NCBI GenBank assembly: GCA_037445065.1
Contig: JBBILD010000004.1
Span: forward strand, 96,001 to 160,000
Direction: 5' to 3'
Origin: Myxococcales bacterium
GTDB taxonomy: Bacteria; Desulfobacterota; Binatia; HRBIN30
Length of the DNA: 64,000 nucleotides
Numbering within the stretch: the stretch's first letter is position 1; the number at the start of each line of letters is the position of its first letter. The notes under the pieces were generated by a model. The model was not told where the DNA came from. It saw nothing but the letters and a program-made list of their open reading frames with translations, and ran no database searches. Positions 60,487 through 64,000 of the stretch are shown here, piece by piece. The position numbers and the translations under genes are program-made.

Positions 60487-61668
60487 TTACTCAACGCGGG
60501 CGAGGATGCCTTTCAGGTACGTCCCCTCCGGATGGGCCACCAGTGTCGGGTGGTCGGCCGCAGCGCCGAGAAGCTGTAAGACTTGTACTTGCCGCCCCGT
60601 GTGCGCCGCCGCTTTTTGCAGCGTGTACGCGAACCAGGGCGGGGTGACGTGCTGTGAGCAACTGAAGGTCATCAAATACGCGCCCGCCCGCGCCCGCCGC
60701 AGAGCCCAGGTGTGGAGGTCGTAGTAGGCTCTTCCACCTCGCGAAAGCTCGGGCTTGCGCTTCACCAAGGCAGGTGGATCGAGCACAATGAAATCGAAGC
60801 TGCGATCGGTCTGGCGCAGGTAGGAGAACACGTCGTCCGAAACGACCTCGTGCGGGATGGAACTTCCAGCCAATTCCCAATTTCGGCGCGCGAGTTCGCA
60901 AGCACGGGCAGAACTCTCTACCGACACCACACCGCGCGCCCCGCCGGCAGCCACGTGTACGGAAAACGCAGCCGTGTAAGCGAAGGCGTTCAGCACCTCG
61001 CACCCGGAAGCCAATTGGCGCGCCAAAGCGCGATTTTCTCGCTGGTCGAGAAAAAAGCCGGTTTTTTGCCCGAGCACGACGTCTACCCAGAACGGGAGGC
61101 CGTTTTCGCGGATTTGCATCGGCTGCGGAGGAAGAGACCCGGCGAGCACACCGAGTTCGTCTGCCAGACCTTCCTCGCGGCGCACGGCGCCGACACTCCG
61201 TTCGTAAACGCAGCTCGGCGACAAGAATTCCTGCAATGCCTCCACGAGCAAAGGCTTCAAACGCTCGGCGCCAGCGGTCAGGCACTGCACCACGTGCACA
61301 GAGCGGTACACGTCCACGACAAAACCGGGCAAGCCGTCGCCCTCACCGTTGATCAAGCGGAAGCTGTCGGTCTCTCCGTACCGGCTGCAGACCCGTTGTC
61401 GCAATTCGAAGGCGTGGCGGAGGCGGAGGAGGAAAAACTCCCGGTTGATTTGCCGGCGAGCGCGCGAGAGGAGCCGCACGGCGATCGTACAGCGCGGGTG
61501 TGCGGTACCGATGCCGAGAAAGGAGCCGTCGGCTGCGTGGACTTCCACGAGCTGACCCGGTTCCTGAATCTGTGCTCGGTCTTGGAGCGCCCCGGCAAAC
61601 ACCCAGGGATGACCCAAGCGGAGAGCGCCTTCGCGGCCGGGGCGTAAGGAGACGACGGGGTACTCCAT
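60487..61668 (-). CDS. rlmI: RlmI/RlmK-family class I SAM-dependent rRNA methyltransferase
   Basis: GHPWVF PUA domain, EGDGLPG..VD, GQKTGFFLDQRENR, LDPP, DHP, PEG.YLK. Confidence 0.88.
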   Translation of the reverse strand: MEYPVVSLRPGREGALRLGHPWVFAGALQDRAQIQEPGQLVEVHAADGSFLGIGTAHPRCTIAVRLLSRARRQINREFFLLRLRHAFELRQRVCSRYGETDSFRLINGEGDGLPGFVVDVYRSVHVVQCLTAGAERLKPLLVEALQEFLSPSCVYERSVGAVRREEGLADELGVLAGSLPPQPMQIRENGLPFWVDVVLGQKTGFFLDQRENRALARQLASGCEVLNAFAYTAAFSVHVAAGGARGVVSVESSARACELARRNWELAGSSIPHEVVSDDVFSYLRQTDRSFDFIVLDPPALVKRKPELSRGGRAYYDLHTWALRRARAGAYLMTFSCSQHVTPPWFAYTLQKAAAHTGRQVQVLQLLGAAADHPTLVAHPEGTYLKGILARVE

Positions 61669-61908
61669 GTGCGAGCGCTGCTAGCAAAAGCGGACGGGGC
61701 AATGCGAGGAGTGCACCGCGGAACGCTGTAGCACAAGGCGAGTGTTCCGCGCCGCACCGGCGCGGCCCTAGTTCGGAGTCTGACTGGACACCTTGCTCAC
61801 GGCTGTGCTAAGGGCGGGGCGCGTTTTTCCTGCAGGTCGCGGCGGCACGGGGCCGACTCGGTCGGGCAAGAGAAAGGCGGGTAGAGATTTTGGAGAAGGA
61901 GTCGGACC

Positions 61909-62304
61909 ATTAGTACACGAGTGTTTGTAGGGAACCTGAGTTACCGCGTTACCGAGCAGCAACTGGCGGACACCTTTGCCGAAGTGGGTCAGGTACGCAG
62001 CGTGTTCATCGGCATGGATCGGGAGACTGGCCGCCCGCGTGGGTTTGCGTTTGTCGAGTTCGACAGCAGCGAAGAAGCCGCCCATGCCGTTCGCCGCTTC
62101 GATGGCCAAGAGATCGACGGCCGAAAGGTCCGCGTGAACCCGGCTGAAGAACGGGGTGCGCGCGGGGGAGGTCGGTCGTCCGGCCCCCCGAATTGGAGCG
62201 GCTCGGGCGGAGGCGCCGAGCCCTTTGGTGGCGGGGGGCGTGGCTTCAAGAACAAGGGAAGCCGGAGAAACCTGCGGGCGCGCAAGCGCAGCTTGAACTT
62301 CTGA
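61909..62304 (+). CDS. RRM RNA-binding protein with a Gly-rich linker and basic tail; probable ATT start
   Basis: RNP2 VFVGNL, RNP1 RGFAFVEF, DRETGR; SD AAGGAG 7 nt before an in-frame ATT at 61909. Confidence 0.9.
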   Translation: MSTRVFVGNLSYRVTEQQLADTFAEVGQVRSVFIGMDRETGRPRGFAFVEFDSSEEAAHAVRRFDGQEIDGRKVRVNPAEERGARGGGRSSGPPNWSGSGGGAEPFGGGGRGFKNKGSRRNLRARKRSLNF

Positions 62305-62394
62305 GCTGCGTTCCGGTCTCGCTGGTGGGGCTCTCATCCCCCGGCTTGACTCCAGGCGGGTTGTGGGGTCTCGCTCTGCTGGGAGGACCCAAGC

Positions 62395-63084
62395 ATGATC
62401 GTGCTGTACACTGCGCCCACACCCAATGGCTGGAAGGTGTCGATTGCGCTCGAGGAACTTGGCCTCCCGTACGAGGTACGGGTGGTCAATCTTCTGGCGG
62501 GAGAGCAAAAGTCGGCTGAGTATTTGAAGCTCAACCCAAACGGCAAGATCCCCACAATTGTAGACCGGGACGAGGGCGACTTCGTGGTCTTCGAATCCGG
62601 CGCGATCTTGTTGTACCTGGCGGAGAAAACTGGCCGGCTCATTCCTGCGGATCGCAAGGGGCGCTCCCGGGTCGTGCAATGGCTCATGTTCCAGATGGCG
62701 GGCATCGGCCCAATGATGGGCCAAGCCAACGTGTTTTATCGTTACTTCCCCGAACGCATCCCCTCGGTCATTTCCCGCTACCAAAACGAGAGCCGCCGCT
62801 TGTTCGAGGTGTTGGACCGCCGGCTTGCGGAGTCGGAGTGGCTGGCCGGTGATTATTCCATCGCCGACATCGCCAACTGGGCGTGGGTACGTACTCACAA
62901 GTGGTCGGGAGTCTCGGTGGACGGCCTTTTGCATTTGCAGCGCTGGATGGAGCAAATGAGCGCCCGCCCGGCTTGCCAGCGCGGGGTGCAAATACCCGCG
63001 CCGGTGCCGAATCTAACCGACCCCGATAACGCCGAGGCGGCCAAGGCCTTTGCCGAAGCGGCGGCCAAGCTGGTCCAGCGCTAG
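62395..63084 (+). CDS. Glutathione S-transferase family protein (YfcG/Nu-class-like)
   Basis: TPNG.K, NPNGKIP, FESGAIL.YLA, QWL.FQM...GP..GQ, YSIADIA; GGAGG SD. Confidence 0.92.
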   Translation: MIVLYTAPTPNGWKVSIALEELGLPYEVRVVNLLAGEQKSAEYLKLNPNGKIPTIVDRDEGDFVVFESGAILLYLAEKTGRLIPADRKGRSRVVQWLMFQMAGIGPMMGQANVFYRYFPERIPSVISRYQNESRRLFEVLDRRLAESEWLAGDYSIADIANWAWVRTHKWSGVSVDGLLHLQRWMEQMSARPACQRGVQIPAPVPNLTDPDNAEAAKAFAEAAAKLVQR

Positions 63085-63201
63085 GTGCCGGTCTGGGTGG
63101 CGGCGGGAGGCTGCGCCCTCGACAAGGACTTGAGAAACGGCGCGGGTTAGAAGTAGGGTTAGCGCGTTGCAGGCGGGAACGCTGGGCATGACAAGGCTGG
63201 C

Positions 63202-64000
63202 ATGAAGGCGTTGGTTTTGACTGGAGGGGCTGGGCGCACCCTCGTCCCATTCTCTGCCACGCGTCCCAAGGCCATGACAGTGGTCGCGGGCGGTTCTTTG
63301 CTGCGACGCACCCTGGGGCATCTGCGTGAAGCTGGCATCGCCGATGTGACCATTGTCCTCGGCCAGCATGGGGAAAAGGTAGAACAAACCTTCGGCGACG
63401 GCAGCGCGGTAGGGCTCAACCTCTCCTACGCTCGCCAGCCGAGTGCACGCGGCATTGCCGATGCGATTCAATGTGCTCGCCAGCGCTTTATCCCTGGCGA
63501 GTATTTTGTACTGGTGTACGGCGATGTCGTAACTTCCGGGAATCCGTTCCTGCAGTTGCTGCAGTCCTTCAATACCTTCAAGGCGCCAATTGCGGGTGTG
63601 TGCCTACCCGGGCCGCCAACCGCGCGTTACGGCAACGTGTACCTGAGCGGAACGCGGATCACCCGCGTGGTCGAAAAACCGCGCGAGCGGGGTTTGGGAA
63701 ACTACGTTCTTTCGGGCATGTTCGTTTTGCCCGCCGAGATTTTCTCTTGGTTAGAGACGGCCGATGGCGGGATGGAAGATCTCTTTGCCCGGCTGATCGC
63801 CGAGCGCGGTTTGCACGCCTCGATTTGGGAGGACGGTTGGATTGACGTCGAGTTCCCGTGGGACGTGCTGGCGGCGAACCGGATGGTGATGGATACCTGG
63901 GACGAGGCGCGCATATCGCGCGAGGCGCGGCTGGACACGAATGTGACCATCACCGGCCCGGTGCGGATCGAGGCCGGATCGGTGATTCGCTCCGGAGCCG
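63202..64000 (+). CDS. Sugar-phosphate nucleotidyltransferase with the start of a hexapeptide (LbH) domain; partial
   Basis: Manual translation: MKALVLTGGAGRTLVPFSATRPKAM...LVYGD...RYG...VVEKP...WIDVEFPWDVL.AN...GPVRIEAGSVIRSG. Runs off the window, so it is not in the ORF track. Confidence 0.85.
   Translation, partial: MKALVLTGGAGRTLVPFSATRPKAMTVVAGGSLLRRTLGHLREAGIADVTIVLGQHGEKVEQTFGDGSAVGLNLSYARQPSARGIADAIQCARQRFIPGEYFVLVYGDVVTSGNPFLQLLQSFNTFKAPIAGVCLPGPPTARYGNVYLSGTRITRVVEKPRERGLGNYVLSGMFVLPAEIFSWLETADGGMEDLFARLIAERGLHASIWEDGWIDVEFPWDVLAANRMVMDTWDEARISREARLDTNVTITGPVRIEAGSVIRSGA

Overview
GC-rich bacterial chromosomal window, mostly core genes. Gene order (tsaB-DUF465-ilvNC-psd-pssA, yebC-ruvCAB-DUF2905, tol-pal-cpoB, rpsO-pnp-M16 peptidase, pgk-tpiA-secG-tRNA-Leu) resembles Deltaproteobacteria-like lineages, possibly Binatia; this is inference only. 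The window holds a tandem-duplicated uvrA running off the left edge (absent from the ORF track) and uvrC. A small accessory island at about 6.3-12.5 kb has a hairpin cluster, 21-bp direct repeats, a putative wHTH/PD-(D/E)XK nuclease, an FG-GAP protein and a cysteine-ladder secreted protein. It is followed by a GNAT-large NAD-GDH-MBL hydrolase operon, the rpsB-tsf-pyrH-frr-uppS-cdsA-rseP cluster (no dxr), a cfa-like/DUF2878/DUF1295-fusion lipid-modification trio, tol-pal, glycolysis genes, a glycosyltransferase/LPS cluster and miscellaneous genes. I found no CRISPR array, prophage or intact transposase. The most notable observations are an RRM RNA-binding gene that appears to start at an AUU codon, a secreted protein with two mirror-symmetric 10-Cys ladders, the structured/repeated intergenic region next to an uncharacterised nuclease, and a DUF1295-periplasmic domain fusion. 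All calls come from reading motifs by eye; no searches were run.
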